A stretch of 64,000 bases of DNA from Candidatus Thorarchaeota archaeon (GCA_016933575.1 JAFGAR010000028.1:160001-224000); one strand, 5' to 3'. Positions 40,813-51,942 are shown, numbered from the stretch's first letter. Numbers and translations: made by a program. Notes: a model not told the origin generated them from the sequence alone.

Positions 40813-42051
40813 TCATAGGTTGGTTTGGCTATCTCTGCCTTTTACAAAGAAGAGATAAAACAATACGATGCTGGCAGAATATAAGATACCAGCCAACACA
40901 AATGGAAGATTCAAGAAACCAGCAGCTAATAGAACTCCACCGATGTTCAATCCGAACGCTCTTGATAGAGAATCACCAGCATTGATGACACCCATTGCAG
41001 TGGACCTTTCTTCTTTATTCAAGCCCTCCATGAAAAATACATCCATCACCGGCCATGCAATATTCATGAATAGGGCTCTCATCACAAATCCAATTGCTGC
41101 AATAGACAGCATTGGAGACCAAGACAACAAGAAAAGGAAAGGAACAGAGAGTGCTTGAAACCAGATGATAGTACCTAATTTCCCAAATCTGTCAACAATT
41201 GCTGGAGACACAAAATTACCAGAGGCCATTACTAATGTGTTAATAGCAAAAATGATACCAATAGTGATTTCATCAGCTTGAAAGGCTCTGTTAAAGAAGA
41301 CATTGACAAATTGGATGAACAACCCTGCTCCAAATCCAGATATTGCCCAAGCAAGAGTGTATTTGCCAATAAAACCACGATTGTGGATATTAGAAAACTT
41401 CAGAGATATTTTTTGAACTTCTATGGGTTTATCGACTGCTAGTGGAATAATTGACAATGCAGCAAGCCCAAGGGGTATTAACGCAATCCAAAGAGAGAGT
41501 CGGTAAGCTGAGAGTAGATCAATTGCGACACCTAATCGAGACCATAGTGTTGGTAAGAAACCCCCAGCCAAAGAGCCTAAGAGACTGGCAATTAGAAAGA
41601 AAGCATAACGAATGCTGAACACATGTACACGCTCTTCATTGGATGTAATGTGAGCTGTGTACGGTTGCCAGCAGACATTTGTGAAACCAAAACCCAAGCC
41701 ATAGAGAATCTGTGACAATAGAAGGAATAATGGTTCTAAAGTTGTGTATTGAATCAGAACTCCGATAAAAATAACGATGTATCCTCCAAGTAGTATTTTC
41801 TTCCTTGAGAATCTATCAGCAATTAACCCTGCAAAGATTGCGAGTCCTCCAGCTATGAACATTGATATCGAGAGGAAAAAACCAAGAAAGTCTTCACTAA
41901 ATCCAGCCTCTAAGAGATATAGATTGAAAATTACATCGCTTATTCCAAAAGCAAAGGCGGAGAACATCCAGCTTACAATGGTCAAGCGGGCGTCTCTATT
42001 AATGAGTCTGACCTTATCGAAATAATTCAAACGTACAGACCCAGACGACAT
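40813..42051 (-). CDS. MFS transporter
   Basis: G.IADRFSRK motif A, DRFGK second repeat, EERSTAMG; about 12 TM. Confidence 0.9.
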   Translation of the reverse strand: MSSGSVRLNYFDKVRLINRDARLTIVSWMFSAFAFGISDVIFNLYLLEAGFSEDFLGFFLSISMFIAGGLAIFAGLIADRFSRKKILLGGYIVIFIGVLIQYTTLEPLFLLLSQILYGLGFGFTNVCWQPYTAHITSNEERVHVFSIRYAFFLIASLLGSLAGGFLPTLWSRLGVAIDLLSAYRLSLWIALIPLGLAALSIIPLAVDKPIEVQKISLKFSNIHNRGFIGKYTLAWAISGFGAGLFIQFVNVFFNRAFQADEITIGIIFAINTLVMASGNFVSPAIVDRFGKLGTIIWFQALSVPFLFLLSWSPMLSIAAIGFVMRALFMNIAWPVMDVFFMEGLNKEERSTAMGVINAGDSLSRAFGLNIGGVLLAAGFLNLPFVLAGILYSASIVLFYLFFVKGRDSQTNL

Positions 42052-42139
42052 ACACGAATCGATTCAATGGGAACTTTTGTCTGTTTTGAATTGAGTAGAA
42101 AATTTATACTAATTTAAACCCGCGATGTAACTCATGGAT

Positions 42140-43039
42140 CTAGTGCGCGATGAACTTTAAGACCGAGCCAGCACCAATGGATTTGAAAATACTCTCAAAA
42201 CCGTACATAAGTGCAGCTTGGCCTTTCAATCCAGTACAATGACAAGGAGCAAGGGTGGTGAGTGGATATTTAGATAGGTGTTCTACCGTCTTGGATAACC
42301 GCTCCTTTGAAGCATCATGTAAATGCAGACCACCAACTATTCCAGTGATGGATCTAGAACTTATAAGATTGGAAACATGCTTTGCAGTATTGACTATGCC
42401 TGAATGACAACATCCTGCGAGAATTACGATTGAATCATCTTTCAAATGAAATGCGAGAGATAGGTCATCATCGATCAAGTCTGGTATTCTCTTTCCATCT
42501 TTGAGGGTCTGTATCTCAGTTAAGCGACCTGTCAACTTCTCAAAATCGTTAGTTCGAGGTACTTCACCGGTTGTCATGACTCCAGTAGTGATAGTGTAAG
42601 GTTCTGTTGATGTAATGACATCAGTTCGATTCTCGAGTTCTGAGAGTTTGAAATAGTTATGAATCCCAATCTGATGTTCCTTGCCAGCTTTGTCTTGGAT
42701 TATCTTTGGACTGAGAGCTTGAGGGTGGCATAATACTGGAGTTTGTTTGCCAATCATATTGAGAATCTCCATGACACCTCCCACATGGTCCCAGTGTCCA
42801 TGACTCAAGACTATCATCTCAATTGTCGTTGGATCGACCTCAGCAATACGAAGATTATGACGAAGAGCTGGTGTAGAACTTGCAGTATCAAATAGAATGC
42901 GTTTCTTGCTAGAGTCATCATATACTATATCCACTAGAGCTGAGAAACCAGCCTCCCCTAGATACTCGCTTAAGTCCACTTTACCGTCAGCAAGAATTGT
43001 GATTGTTATCTCTTCTATTCCTCTTTTCATCACTAACAA
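42140..43039 (-). CDS. Metallo-beta-lactamase-fold hydrolase (MJ0301-like)
   Basis: ILFDT, LSHGHWDHVGG, GCCHSG, GGLHL, PCHCTG. Confidence 0.85.
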   Translation of the reverse strand: MLVMKRGIEEITITILADGKVDLSEYLGEAGFSALVDIVYDDSSKKRILFDTASSTPALRHNLRIAEVDPTTIEMIVLSHGHWDHVGGVMEILNMIGKQTPVLCHPQALSPKIIQDKAGKEHQIGIHNYFKLSELENRTDVITSTEPYTITTGVMTTGEVPRTNDFEKLTGRLTEIQTLKDGKRIPDLIDDDLSLAFHLKDDSIVILAGCCHSGIVNTAKHVSNLISSRSITGIVGGLHLHDASKERLSKTVEHLSKYPLTTLAPCHCTGLKGQAALMYGFESIFKSIGAGSVLKFIAH

Positions 43040-43144
43040 TTCCAGGAAGTTCTCAGGTATATTGGAATATTGATAGTATTTACATTATTCGTAAAATAGC
43101 AATTAGAGGGAATTTATTAAGCGAAAGGGAGAGTCAAGATAGAT

Positions 43145-44161
43145 ATGAGAGAAACCAATGTCCTGTTCATCTGGGAAGTAAGAGAGGAACTTCAAAAATA
43201 TCTTCGCCAGGGACTACAAGAAGTGGAGGGTGTTAATCTTATCTTTCCAACAGACACCTCCAATGAAGCACTTCTTCATTTAGCACCTAGAGCTGACATT
43301 CTCATTGGATGGAGACCAGCACGAGAACTTCTGGATGCAGCTACACGCTTTCAGCTATTCATCAATCCAGGAGTTGGAGTCCAGCATCTTATCAACACCT
43401 TTAGAGAACTTGCTGAAACTCGAGATATTGTCTTGATTAATGGACATGGGAATACATACTTTACTGCACAACATGCAGTAGCTATGCTACTTGCTCTCAC
43501 GAATAAAATAATTCCACATCATAATTGGATGAAACAGGGGCTTTGGAGAAAAGGAGATGAAGATGCAAAGTCAAAGCCTCTTAGAGACCTACGAATTGGA
43601 CTTCTTGGGTATGGGGCAGTGAATCAGAAGGTGCATAGATTTCTCTCAGGATTCAATGTCGAATTTCTCATCCTTAGAAGATCAAAGAGCGGAAGAAGAA
43701 GACTACCAACTAAGGTAAAACAATATTCTACTAATGAATTAGATATGTTTCTGAAAGAAACAGACATTCTGTTTGTTGCGGTTCCGCAGACTGAAGAAAC
43801 TGTTGGTATGATTGGTAGGAAGGAATTCGAACTTCTTGGGAGAGATAGTTTAGTTGTGAATATTGCTAGAGGCGTGGTCATTGATGAAGAAACATTCTTT
43901 GAAGCTCTTTCAAAGAAAATCATTGCGGGAGCTGCAATTGATGTCTGGTATGACTATAATCCTGAGGTAGATTCAGAGGGTCGTAAGTTCCCATCAAGAT
44001 TTCCGTTTCATTCATTAGAGAATGTGGTGCTATCGCCGCATCGCGGCGCGTCACCTATGGATGACCTGAAAAGATGGGATGAAGTGGTTGTGAACATCCG
44101 CAAATTCGCAGAGGAACAGTATGACTTCATCAATATCGTTCAATTAGACAGAGGCTATTAG
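43145..44161 (+). CDS. D-isomer-specific 2-hydroxyacid dehydrogenase family
   Basis: GLLGYGAV, VP.T.ET.G.IG, VNIARG.VIDE, GAAIDVW, NVVLSPH. Confidence 0.9.
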   Translation: MRETNVLFIWEVREELQKYLRQGLQEVEGVNLIFPTDTSNEALLHLAPRADILIGWRPARELLDAATRFQLFINPGVGVQHLINTFRELAETRDIVLINGHGNTYFTAQHAVAMLLALTNKIIPHHNWMKQGLWRKGDEDAKSKPLRDLRIGLLGYGAVNQKVHRFLSGFNVEFLILRRSKSGRRRLPTKVKQYSTNELDMFLKETDILFVAVPQTEETVGMIGRKEFELLGRDSLVVNIARGVVIDEETFFEALSKKIIAGAAIDVWYDYNPEVDSEGRKFPSRFPFHSLENVVLSPHRGASPMDDLKRWDEVVVNIRKFAEEQYDFINIVQLDRGY

Positions 44162-45045
44162 ACTTCCTCCAATTCATCAAGCTTAAGTGTTAACTTTCGA
44201 GGGTTTGCTAGTAGACTGATTTCATATCTGTGCAATGTAGGGTTTTTCTTATCCTTCTTCCAGAGATGGAAGCCTTTGTTTATCTTCTCTCTAATCTTTC
44301 CTCTATAAGCTATCATAATCGAGAAGCATTGGAGTACTCGGCAGAACCACTCGTTTTCAGCGAGTACTGGATCCTTTATCTTGACTGAGAACTCGCCACC
44401 AAAATCACCAAATTTACTATCAATGCTTGCCACAGTTTCATGCCCATTCAGTCTGATGATATTAAAATCATCACCAAGAGTAGCACGCGCTCCTTCAATC
44501 CTAAAGGCCTCAAATGTATTCTTGGGTCCTAGTATATAGAAAGCATAATTCTCTGTGGAGAGACCTCCTCGCCTGAATTGCTTGACCCAGGTGATAATCT
44601 CAGTATCTTTCGTTATCACTGTGAAGGCGATGAGTGGTTCATCTGAAGCAAAACTTGAAGCATATTCTTCCGCAAGCATTTCCTCCATAGAAGCAATCCA
44701 GCCACCACTATTTGAAAAGAGTTTGACGACCAATCGCTTGTCTAAATCATCAACCTCAGACCACAGGGACTGTCGTAATATGATAAAACCAATCTTCTCT
44801 AATGATGTCAGCTTTTCTTTTTCATCGGTCCGTTTGGTCTCCATGATTTCACCGACAATATCAGCATCCCTTGAGAATTGCCGACTCTTTGAACGCCACA
44901 TCTCATCCTGACGATATCCAATTTCCTCTCCGTGGAAACCTGTTGAGTATAGGTCTTGTGAGAACACCCGATAGATTGGACCAACTTTTCGCTCATTCTT
45001 ATTCTTGGACAACTCAATCACACATCTTCTGATTATAACAATCAA
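44158..45045 (-). CDS. Hypothetical protein, possible Tubby-C/LURP-one/scramblase-like beta-barrel
   Basis: C-terminal FRIEG...GDDFNI....VASIDSK....GGEFSVKI followed by a helix; true start possibly TTG 45012. Confidence 0.6.
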   Translation of the reverse strand: MIVIIRRCVIELSKNKNERKVGPIYRVFSQDLYSTGFHGEEIGYRQDEMWRSKSRQFSRDADIVGEIMETKRTDEKEKLTSLEKIGFIILRQSLWSEVDDLDKRLVVKLFSNSGGWIASMEEMLAEEYASSFASDEPLIAFTVITKDTEIITWVKQFRRGGLSTENYAFYILGPKNTFEAFRIEGARATLGDDFNIIRLNGHETVASIDSKFGDFGGEFSVKIKDPVLAENEWFCRVLQCFSIMIAYRGKIREKINKGFHLWKKDKKNPTLHRYEISLLANPRKLTLKLDELEEV

Positions 45046-45239
45046 TGATAAGTCTTAGTTTCTGCTTATGTCTAAGGATTCAGTAAGATGCCCGACCCAC
45101 CAAATCCAATGTCTGTTCGATCCCCATGAGATACAGTAGACAATGAGAGGAATAGCCCTTAGGGCAATTCCTTCAACTATTATGCGAACATATGCAACCC
45201 AGAACCTTCATATGTAGCATGTGCTGACAGCGGCACCCG

Positions 45240-46856
45240 TTGGACATGATAGCTGAACTCACTATTGTCTTTCAGATAATCGGCGGTCTTGCCCTCTTCA
45301 TGTATGGCGTGACCCTTCTTAGGGAAACACTAGGTAAGATATCAGGAAGACGTGTAGTGAGAATATTAGAAAAAGTGAGTGATGACCCTATCAGAGGAAT
45401 GGGAGCAGGGACTGCAGCAACTGTCATGACTCAAAGCTCAAGCATTACAGTGTTGACACTCATTGGTTTTGTCAATGCAGGTATGATGACCTTTAGGCAA
45501 TCGGTCAATGTCATGCTGGGATCAGAGATAGGCACAACAGTGACAGCTCAGCTTGTTTCATTTGATATAGGTGGCATATTTTGGCCATTGGTTGCTATTG
45601 GATTTTTCATGAAGATGTTCTCAAAGAGGGAGAGAATAAAGCTAATTGGAACAGTTGTCTTTAGCTTAGGACTATTATTCCTAGCAATGGATTTCATGAA
45701 ACAAGGAGCAGCTCCTCTGACAACAGACTATCCCTTCTTTAGAAGTCTCATAAATGATTATGGAGCAATACCAATTTTAGGAATTCTAATTGGTGCACTT
45801 ATTGCTGGAGTCACTCAGAGTAGTTCTGCAACCACCAGTCTCGTCATTGCAATGGGAGCTGTTGGTGCTATCGATTTAGGACCAGGAATTGCACTAGTTA
45901 TGGGGGCAAATATTGGAACCTGTTTTCTAGAACTATTTGCAGGTATCGGTGCAACAACCCCAGCAAAGCGGACAGCAGTAGCGCAAGCCATTATCAATGT
46001 TATAGGAGTAAGTATATTCCTGCCATTCTTAGAGCCCTTTTCAAACGTAGTTCTAGCGACTTCTCCAGATCTTCCACATCAGATCGCTAATGCCCATACG
46101 ATATTCAATGTGATTGTAAGCCTAATCTTCATTCCACTTGTTGGGTGCCTGGTCAAGTTTTGCGAGAGAATCATTCCAGACAAAGAGGGAGAGGTCATTG
46201 GAAAGCATTTCTTTGACGATGAGATGTTGCATCTTCCTCAGGCGGCATTACTAGAATCTGAACGCGAAACGATTAGAACTGCTGAAAAAACGATTGACAT
46301 GATTGCATTAAGTAAGAGTGCTTTACTAACCAAGAATATCGATGACGCTAGAAAGGTAATGCAGTACGAAGATGAAGTTGATGTAAGTTGTCGTGATACC
46401 GAAGACTTCATAGATAAAATTCGAGAGGAAGAACTCAATAATGAAGATATAATCTGGAGAATCAAGCTTCTTGCTATTCTCACTGATATAGAACGAGTAG
46501 GAGACCTAGCATCGAACATCGGTGAGTTTGTAATTGATAAATTGAAGAACGGAATCATCTTCTCCAAACAAGGGATAAAAGATCTTGCAGAGATGTTTGA
46601 TCTCGTTATTGAAACCTACACGACTGCCATTAGTTCATTGAAGACCAAGAACAAGGATCTTGCCAAAACTGCTGAGAAACTTGAAGATGAAGTTGATATC
46701 TTGGAAAGAAAATTGAAGGCATCCCATGTCAAACGTGTAAGTGAGGGAATTTGCGACCCTCAAGCTGACCAAATTTTTGTAGAAACCTTGAGGAATCTAG
46801 AAAGAATTAGTGATCATGCAGACAATATTGCCTATGATGTCATTATGGACACATGA
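45240..46856 (+). CDS. Na/Pi cotransporter with PhoU domains
   Basis: GGLALFMYG, two QSSS repeats, GANIGT, ANAHT.FN; PhoU-like D.ERVGD and RNLERISDHA. Confidence 0.92.
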   Translation: MDMIAELTIVFQIIGGLALFMYGVTLLRETLGKISGRRVVRILEKVSDDPIRGMGAGTAATVMTQSSSITVLTLIGFVNAGMMTFRQSVNVMLGSEIGTTVTAQLVSFDIGGIFWPLVAIGFFMKMFSKRERIKLIGTVVFSLGLLFLAMDFMKQGAAPLTTDYPFFRSLINDYGAIPILGILIGALIAGVTQSSSATTSLVIAMGAVGAIDLGPGIALVMGANIGTCFLELFAGIGATTPAKRTAVAQAIINVIGVSIFLPFLEPFSNVVLATSPDLPHQIANAHTIFNVIVSLIFIPLVGCLVKFCERIIPDKEGEVIGKHFFDDEMLHLPQAALLESERETIRTAEKTIDMIALSKSALLTKNIDDARKVMQYEDEVDVSCRDTEDFIDKIREEELNNEDIIWRIKLLAILTDIERVGDLASNIGEFVIDKLKNGIIFSKQGIKDLAEMFDLVIETYTTAISSLKTKNKDLAKTAEKLEDEVDILERKLKASHVKRVSEGICDPQADQIFVETLRNLERISDHADNIAYDVIMDT

Positions 46857-46860
46857 ATGT

Positions 46861-48312
46861 CTATTCACTCTTATCCTGCTCAGAAATCTTTCTTCGTTCC
46901 AATATTCCAGCATGTGTCATTCGTTTTGGAGAGAGTGCTAGATCTAGCCACTCCTCATCCATTAGACCCTCTTCAAGTATAATTTCTCGAATTGGTCTTC
47001 CTGTAAAGAGTGCAGTCTTGGCCACTCTGGAAGCCGCCTTATACCCAATGATTGGATTTAGAGCAGTGACTAGACCCACACTGCGATGTACAATGTCTAA
47101 TCCTGTATGATTGGGTTCAATCCCACGAATACAACGTTCAGTGAGAATAGGAATGCAGTTCTTTAGAACCTTCAATGCCTGAAAGAAATTGTATGCGATC
47201 ACAGGTTCAAAGGCATTCAATTCTAATTGACCAGATTGTGAAGCAACCGTTATCACAAGATCATGTCCCATGACCTGAAAGGCAACTTGTGTGACCATCT
47301 CAGGAATGACCGGATTCACTTTACCAGGCATTATTGATGATCCAGGTTGGACTGGTGGTAAGGTTATTTCATGAAATCCACCAATAGGACCTGAGGATAG
47401 AAGAATTAGGTCACCACAAATCTTCCCTAAATTAGTCGCTAACACTCGGAGAAGGCCTGAAGCATGCACAAACTCATCAGAATTTTGAGTGTCATCGATC
47501 AGATTCTCAGCTGTGGTCAATTCAGCAATACCAGTCACTTCGATGAGATGCTTTTCTGCAAGGTCGATATAATCCGGATCAGCGTTGAGTGATGTGCCAA
47601 TGGCTGTGGCTCCAATGTTATGGGTCTTCAGAACATTGATGGCAGATGTTATACGGGTAAGGTCTCTTTTCAAAGCTGCGGACCATGCTCCAAACTCCTG
47701 ACCAAGAGTGATAGGAACTGCATCCTGCATTTCAGTTCGTCCGAGTTTTAGAATGTCCTTGAACTTCTCTGCTTTCTCATCTAGAGCATCAATGAGGTTA
47801 TTGAGATTGATAGATAATTCTCTAAGCCCAAAGATAGTTGCAATCTTGATTGCTGTTGGATAGACGTCATTAGTTGATTGGGAGAGATTCACGTGGTCAT
47901 GGGCAGAGATTGGACTCGTTGAATTTCTTGCTTCCCCAAGAATCTCATTTGCTCTGGAAGCAATGACCTCGTTGGCACACATATTAGTTGATGTACCTGC
48001 ACCGCCTTGAAGCATATCAACTTTGAATTGACCTTCTAGCTCTCCAGAGATTATTTCATCACATGCCTGTATTATTGCCTTAGCATATTCTGAATCAAGA
48101 TGACCTAGGTCGAGATTTGCCATAGCACAAGCTTTCTTCACCATCGCAAGAGCTCTGATTAATGTTGGATAGTTATAGAGATGAACGAGTGAAACTCCAA
48201 AATTTTCCTGAGCTCTGAGAGTCTGAATTCCCCAGTATGCATCTTTGGGAATTAGTCGGACTCCAAGAAGGTCACTCTCTTCCCGATATTCCATTTCTTC
48301 CATGATGACCAA
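46861..48312 (-). CDS. aspA: Aspartate ammonia-lyase
   Basis: YWGIQTLRA.ENF, QGGAGTSTNM.ANEV, SQSTNDVYPT, GRT..QDAVP, GSSIMPGKVNPV.PE, GQLELNAFEP. Confidence 0.9.
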   Translation of the reverse strand: MVIMEEMEYREESDLLGVRLIPKDAYWGIQTLRAQENFGVSLVHLYNYPTLIRALAMVKKACAMANLDLGHLDSEYAKAIIQACDEIISGELEGQFKVDMLQGGAGTSTNMCANEVIASRANEILGEARNSTSPISAHDHVNLSQSTNDVYPTAIKIATIFGLRELSINLNNLIDALDEKAEKFKDILKLGRTEMQDAVPITLGQEFGAWSAALKRDLTRITSAINVLKTHNIGATAIGTSLNADPDYIDLAEKHLIEVTGIAELTTAENLIDDTQNSDEFVHASGLLRVLATNLGKICGDLILLSSGPIGGFHEITLPPVQPGSSIMPGKVNPVIPEMVTQVAFQVMGHDLVITVASQSGQLELNAFEPVIAYNFFQALKVLKNCIPILTERCIRGIEPNHTGLDIVHRSVGLVTALNPIIGYKAASRVAKTALFTGRPIREIILEEGLMDEEWLDLALSPKRMTHAGILERRKISEQDKSE

Positions 48313-48370
48313 GCTCCAATCAAGGTGTCTAGAGGTATGACGTTTGATTGATTAATGCCTTGGTTAATCA

Positions 48371-49957
48371 TTAAAAACCTGCAGCTTGTCCATCCTTCCG
48401 ATAATCAGAACCTGCAATCCAAGCATCTTCCAATCTAAGGATTGCCTGTCCACCACCAAATCCTGATGCAGTTTCGTGAATTAACACATGGCCCATTCTT
48501 CGAAGCTGACCTTGAACTTCAGGTGGAATCCCATTTTCAAGTGCGACCAGGTTCCGTTCATGATCATGGTCAAATCGCGGGTAATCAAGAGCTTCCTGTG
48601 GACCCATGTGATAATCCGCAAGATTACTTACAAATTGGGCATGCGCTTGAGCTTGGTGAGAGCCTCCCATAATACCAAATACCCCTTGGATATTGCCATC
48701 TTGATATAATGCGCCAGGAATTATCGTATGAAAAGGTAATTTCTTTGGTGCAAAGCAATTTGGATGGGTAGGGTCAAGTGAAAACAGACATCCTCGATTT
48801 TGTAGCTTGATGCCATATCTGGGAACAACAAGGCCACTCCCAAAACCCAAGTATAGGCTGTTTATGAATGACACAGCTCCACCAGCTCCATCAGCTGTCG
48901 CGAGATATACGGTATCACTATCAGTGGGAATACCAGAAGGATATTCAGTCATAGCCCGGTTTCGATTAATGAGCTTTGTACGTTCCACTGCATACTCCTT
49001 GGAAAGAAGTGCTTCTAGAGGAATCTCATAGAATGACGGATCTGTATTATGCTGATGCAAATCGCCATAGGCTAGTTTCTTTGCCTCAATCATTAGATGG
49101 TATCGTTCTGCTGTAAGAGATGAGCTTGTGGGAAAATCAAATTGCTCCATCAAATTGAGCATGATAAGTGCAGCAAAACCTTGGCCATTTGGAGGATGCT
49201 CAAAGACGTCCAATCCTCTATAATTGGTTGACACAGCTACGGTCTCCACAGTTTTATGTGATTCAAGATCATCCATCGTGAGAAAACCATCATGTTCTTG
49301 AACAGTCTTTACAATAGATGCACCAATATTCCCACCATAGAACACGTGGGGACCATCAGATGCAACCATCTCAAATACTTCAGCAAGACCAGGATTCTTC
49401 AATATCTCGCCAACTCGGGGAGAACGACCATCAATCGTATAGATTCGTTTTGCTTCATCATTTATGAGAGAATGGACTGCCAAAGGCCAAACTTGCGCAA
49501 TAATCGGAGAAACAGGGAATCCATTCCGTGCATAGTAAATTGCAGGTTCAAGAACCTCACTGAATTCAAGAGATCCATATTTTTCTACTAGATAATACCA
49601 CATATGCATTGCACCGGGTACTGATACAGAGGCACCCCCACGAACAGGCATGGAGGTCCAGCCTCTTTCTAGTAAATCGTCAAGTGTGATAAGAGAACCC
49701 GATCTTCCAGAACCATTGATGCTGACGGGTCGGCTTTTCCCTGGAAGGTGAACAAGAGCAAATGCATCACCACCACAACCTGTACTAAAAGGTTCTACAA
49801 TATCCAATACAGCAGCAGTTGCAACTGCTGCATCAATACTATTCCCCCCTTTACGGAGTATCTTCAAGCCAGCTTGTGTTGCTAACGGCTGTGAGGACGC
49901 GACAACACCATGTTGCGCTATGACATCAGACCTACCTGTTGACCTCCGCCAGAACAT
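48371..49957 (-). CDS. ggt: Gamma-glutamyltransferase family protein
   Basis: SSQPLA, GG..IDAAVA, GGDAF, VPGA, PPNGQG, DTVYL (Thr nucleophile), LQNRG, PFHTIIPG, SD.RKDG. Confidence 0.92.
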   Translation of the reverse strand: MFWRRSTGRSDVIAQHGVVASSQPLATQAGLKILRKGGNSIDAAVATAAVLDIVEPFSTGCGGDAFALVHLPGKSRPVSINGSGRSGSLITLDDLLERGWTSMPVRGGASVSVPGAMHMWYYLVEKYGSLEFSEVLEPAIYYARNGFPVSPIIAQVWPLAVHSLINDEAKRIYTIDGRSPRVGEILKNPGLAEVFEMVASDGPHVFYGGNIGASIVKTVQEHDGFLTMDDLESHKTVETVAVSTNYRGLDVFEHPPNGQGFAALIMLNLMEQFDFPTSSSLTAERYHLMIEAKKLAYGDLHQHNTDPSFYEIPLEALLSKEYAVERTKLINRNRAMTEYPSGIPTDSDTVYLATADGAGGAVSFINSLYLGFGSGLVVPRYGIKLQNRGCLFSLDPTHPNCFAPKKLPFHTIIPGALYQDGNIQGVFGIMGGSHQAQAHAQFVSNLADYHMGPQEALDYPRFDHDHERNLVALENGIPPEVQGQLRRMGHVLIHETASGFGGGQAILRLEDAWIAGSDYRKDGQAAGF

Positions 49958-49960
49958 CTC

Positions 49961-51334
49961 TTAGACCTCCGTTGGATAACCTTTCGATACCCAACCTTTG
50001 TATCCTTCAATTGGAACTGCAATATCGGTGAAACCATTTCTATGTAAGATACTTGCTGCAGCAGTTCCACGGAATCCTGAGGGGCAAAGTGGTGCAATCG
50101 AAACGTTTCCGTCAATCGATGTTGCAGTTTCATCCAAAAGTGTCAGAGGAGATGAGATGGCACCGGGGATGTGATTTTGACTGAATTCATGGGGTTCTCG
50201 TACATCAACCACTCGAATCGAGTTTGTATCAACTCTCTTCTTCAATTCTTCAGTAGAGAGAGTTCTTATAGATTCTACTGGTCGTCCGCTCTGTATCCAA
50301 GTATCAATTCCATTTTTCAAGAAACCTACTATATCATCGAGACCAACTCGTACAAGATAACTCCAAGCTTGTCCAAGGTCCTTGCGATTTCCTAAAATCA
50401 AAGAGAACGTCTGTTCTGCCTTCAATGTCCATCCTGCTAATAGACCCATGTTTGTTAGACTCAAGTTTATAGTTCTAGGGATGAACTGCATCAAAAATTC
50501 TTTGGCTTGACGAGTATCTATTCCACGATGATTATCATCTTCAATGTTATTCGCAAGAGATACTGCATCAAGTTCCTGTGGAGGGCTTCTGGTGTTTAAA
50601 AGGAGAGGACCTATTGTATTCAATTTTTCACAGCGTTTGAAATATGAAGTCCGTGTCAGTCTCTGTGCTGTCTTTGCTGAAACAAACTCTTCCTCATCCA
50701 TCTTAAGCCACATGTTATTTGATCTCTCAAATCCGATTGTTGAAAATTCTCTATCCCCAATTGCGCCACCACAGACTGAACCAGCACCATGACCAGGATG
50801 AATTATTACTCCATCTCCAATAGGGAGCAGCTTTTCGTGTAAACTACGAAAGAGCTTACGCGACATTTCTTCGTGTTTGTTGATATCGACAAGATCAGTT
50901 CTTCCAACTTCGTTAACAAAGAGTGTATCTCCAGTGAATGCAATTATGGGATCAGGTCCTGAGGATTTGTCGGATACAACATAGCATATACTATCATCAG
51001 TATGACCAGGTGTATTCAAACAGGTGATGTGCATTTTTCCAGCGTTAAAGGTTTCACCGTCAGCAATAGCATGTTCACCAAACTTGAAAGATATAGCATT
51101 ACTATGGCCAATCTCAACGTCAGGAACCAAGGATTGGAGCTCAAGAGAACCTATCACATAATCCTCGTTCCTGTGAGTCTCGAAAACATAACGGATATCA
51201 ACGCCTTCTCTCAATGCAAGCTCAGCATAGATAGAAGCATCTCGTCGAGGATCTATCACGACTGCTTCTCCATCAGAGCTCACAAAATAAGAGAGAGCTG
51301 CTAGTCCTTCAGACCTAACTGTGGTTATCCTCAT
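49961..51334 (-). CDS. MBL-fold hydrolase with tandem rhodanese domains
   Basis: IDPRRD, ETHRNED, TPGHT, FTGDTLF...GRTD, PGHGAGS.CG; DVREP.EF...HIPGA, CPSG.R; ATG 51334. Confidence 0.88.
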   Translation of the reverse strand: MRITTVRSEGLAALSYFVSSDGEAVVIDPRRDASIYAELALREGVDIRYVFETHRNEDYVIGSLELQSLVPDVEIGHSNAISFKFGEHAIADGETFNAGKMHITCLNTPGHTDDSICYVVSDKSSGPDPIIAFTGDTLFVNEVGRTDLVDINKHEEMSRKLFRSLHEKLLPIGDGVIIHPGHGAGSVCGGAIGDREFSTIGFERSNNMWLKMDEEEFVSAKTAQRLTRTSYFKRCEKLNTIGPLLLNTRSPPQELDAVSLANNIEDDNHRGIDTRQAKEFLMQFIPRTINLSLTNMGLLAGWTLKAEQTFSLILGNRKDLGQAWSYLVRVGLDDIVGFLKNGIDTWIQSGRPVESIRTLSTEELKKRVDTNSIRVVDVREPHEFSQNHIPGAISSPLTLLDETATSIDGNVSIAPLCPSGFRGTAAASILHRNGFTDIAVPIEGYKGWVSKGYPTEV

Positions 51335-51378
51335 TAGACAGATCACTATCAAAGATTCTATCTTCCCTCCTTTAAGTT

Positions 51379-51942
51379 ATGAGGTATAATACGAGTTGTG
51401 AGAAATGTTCCAAAGGACAAAGATTAAACATGACATTAACTGAGAAATCATGGTGTTCGGTAATGGGAGATAATCCTGAAGCTAGGAGAACCAATAACGA
51501 TGAGGGTATAATTGTCCAAGCATCGCTAGATATCCTCAGGAAAGCAGCTGGAAAGGTGTTGTTTGAATTCAATGAGATGCTAGTTTCCTTCGACGGTGAA
51601 GAAAAATCGATAGAGGAAGAAATCGGAATAGGAGATACAATTCTTTTTGAAGAGGATATTAGTCCTTGTCCCGCACAGATTGCTGTAACAAAAATCACTG
51701 AGGAACTTTGGTACATTATCTCTACTTCAGAGATTCCTCAAGGTGGATATCCCTCTGGTCGAGATGCAATGCGAGCAGCTCAAGCAGAAGAGAAGAGAAT
51801 TCAACTATTCAAGGATTTCCTGCAAAAAACTGCAGGAGTGAAGAAGGTTGAAGATGTCCGGAATTGGCAACCAGATATGCGTGCTGAAGCTGCTGATGTA
51901 CTAGATATAATCAACACAGCATCTAGAAAATGGGCTCACTGA
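51379..51942 (+). CDS. Hypothetical protein
   Basis: ORF fills the gap; the true start is probably a downstream ATG. Confidence 0.6.
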   Translation: MRYNTSCEKCSKGQRLNMTLTEKSWCSVMGDNPEARRTNNDEGIIVQASLDILRKAAGKVLFEFNEMLVSFDGEEKSIEEEIGIGDTILFEEDISPCPAQIAVTKITEELWYIISTSEIPQGGYPSGRDAMRAAQAEEKRIQLFKDFLQKTAGVKKVEDVRNWQPDMRAEAADVLDIINTASRKWAH

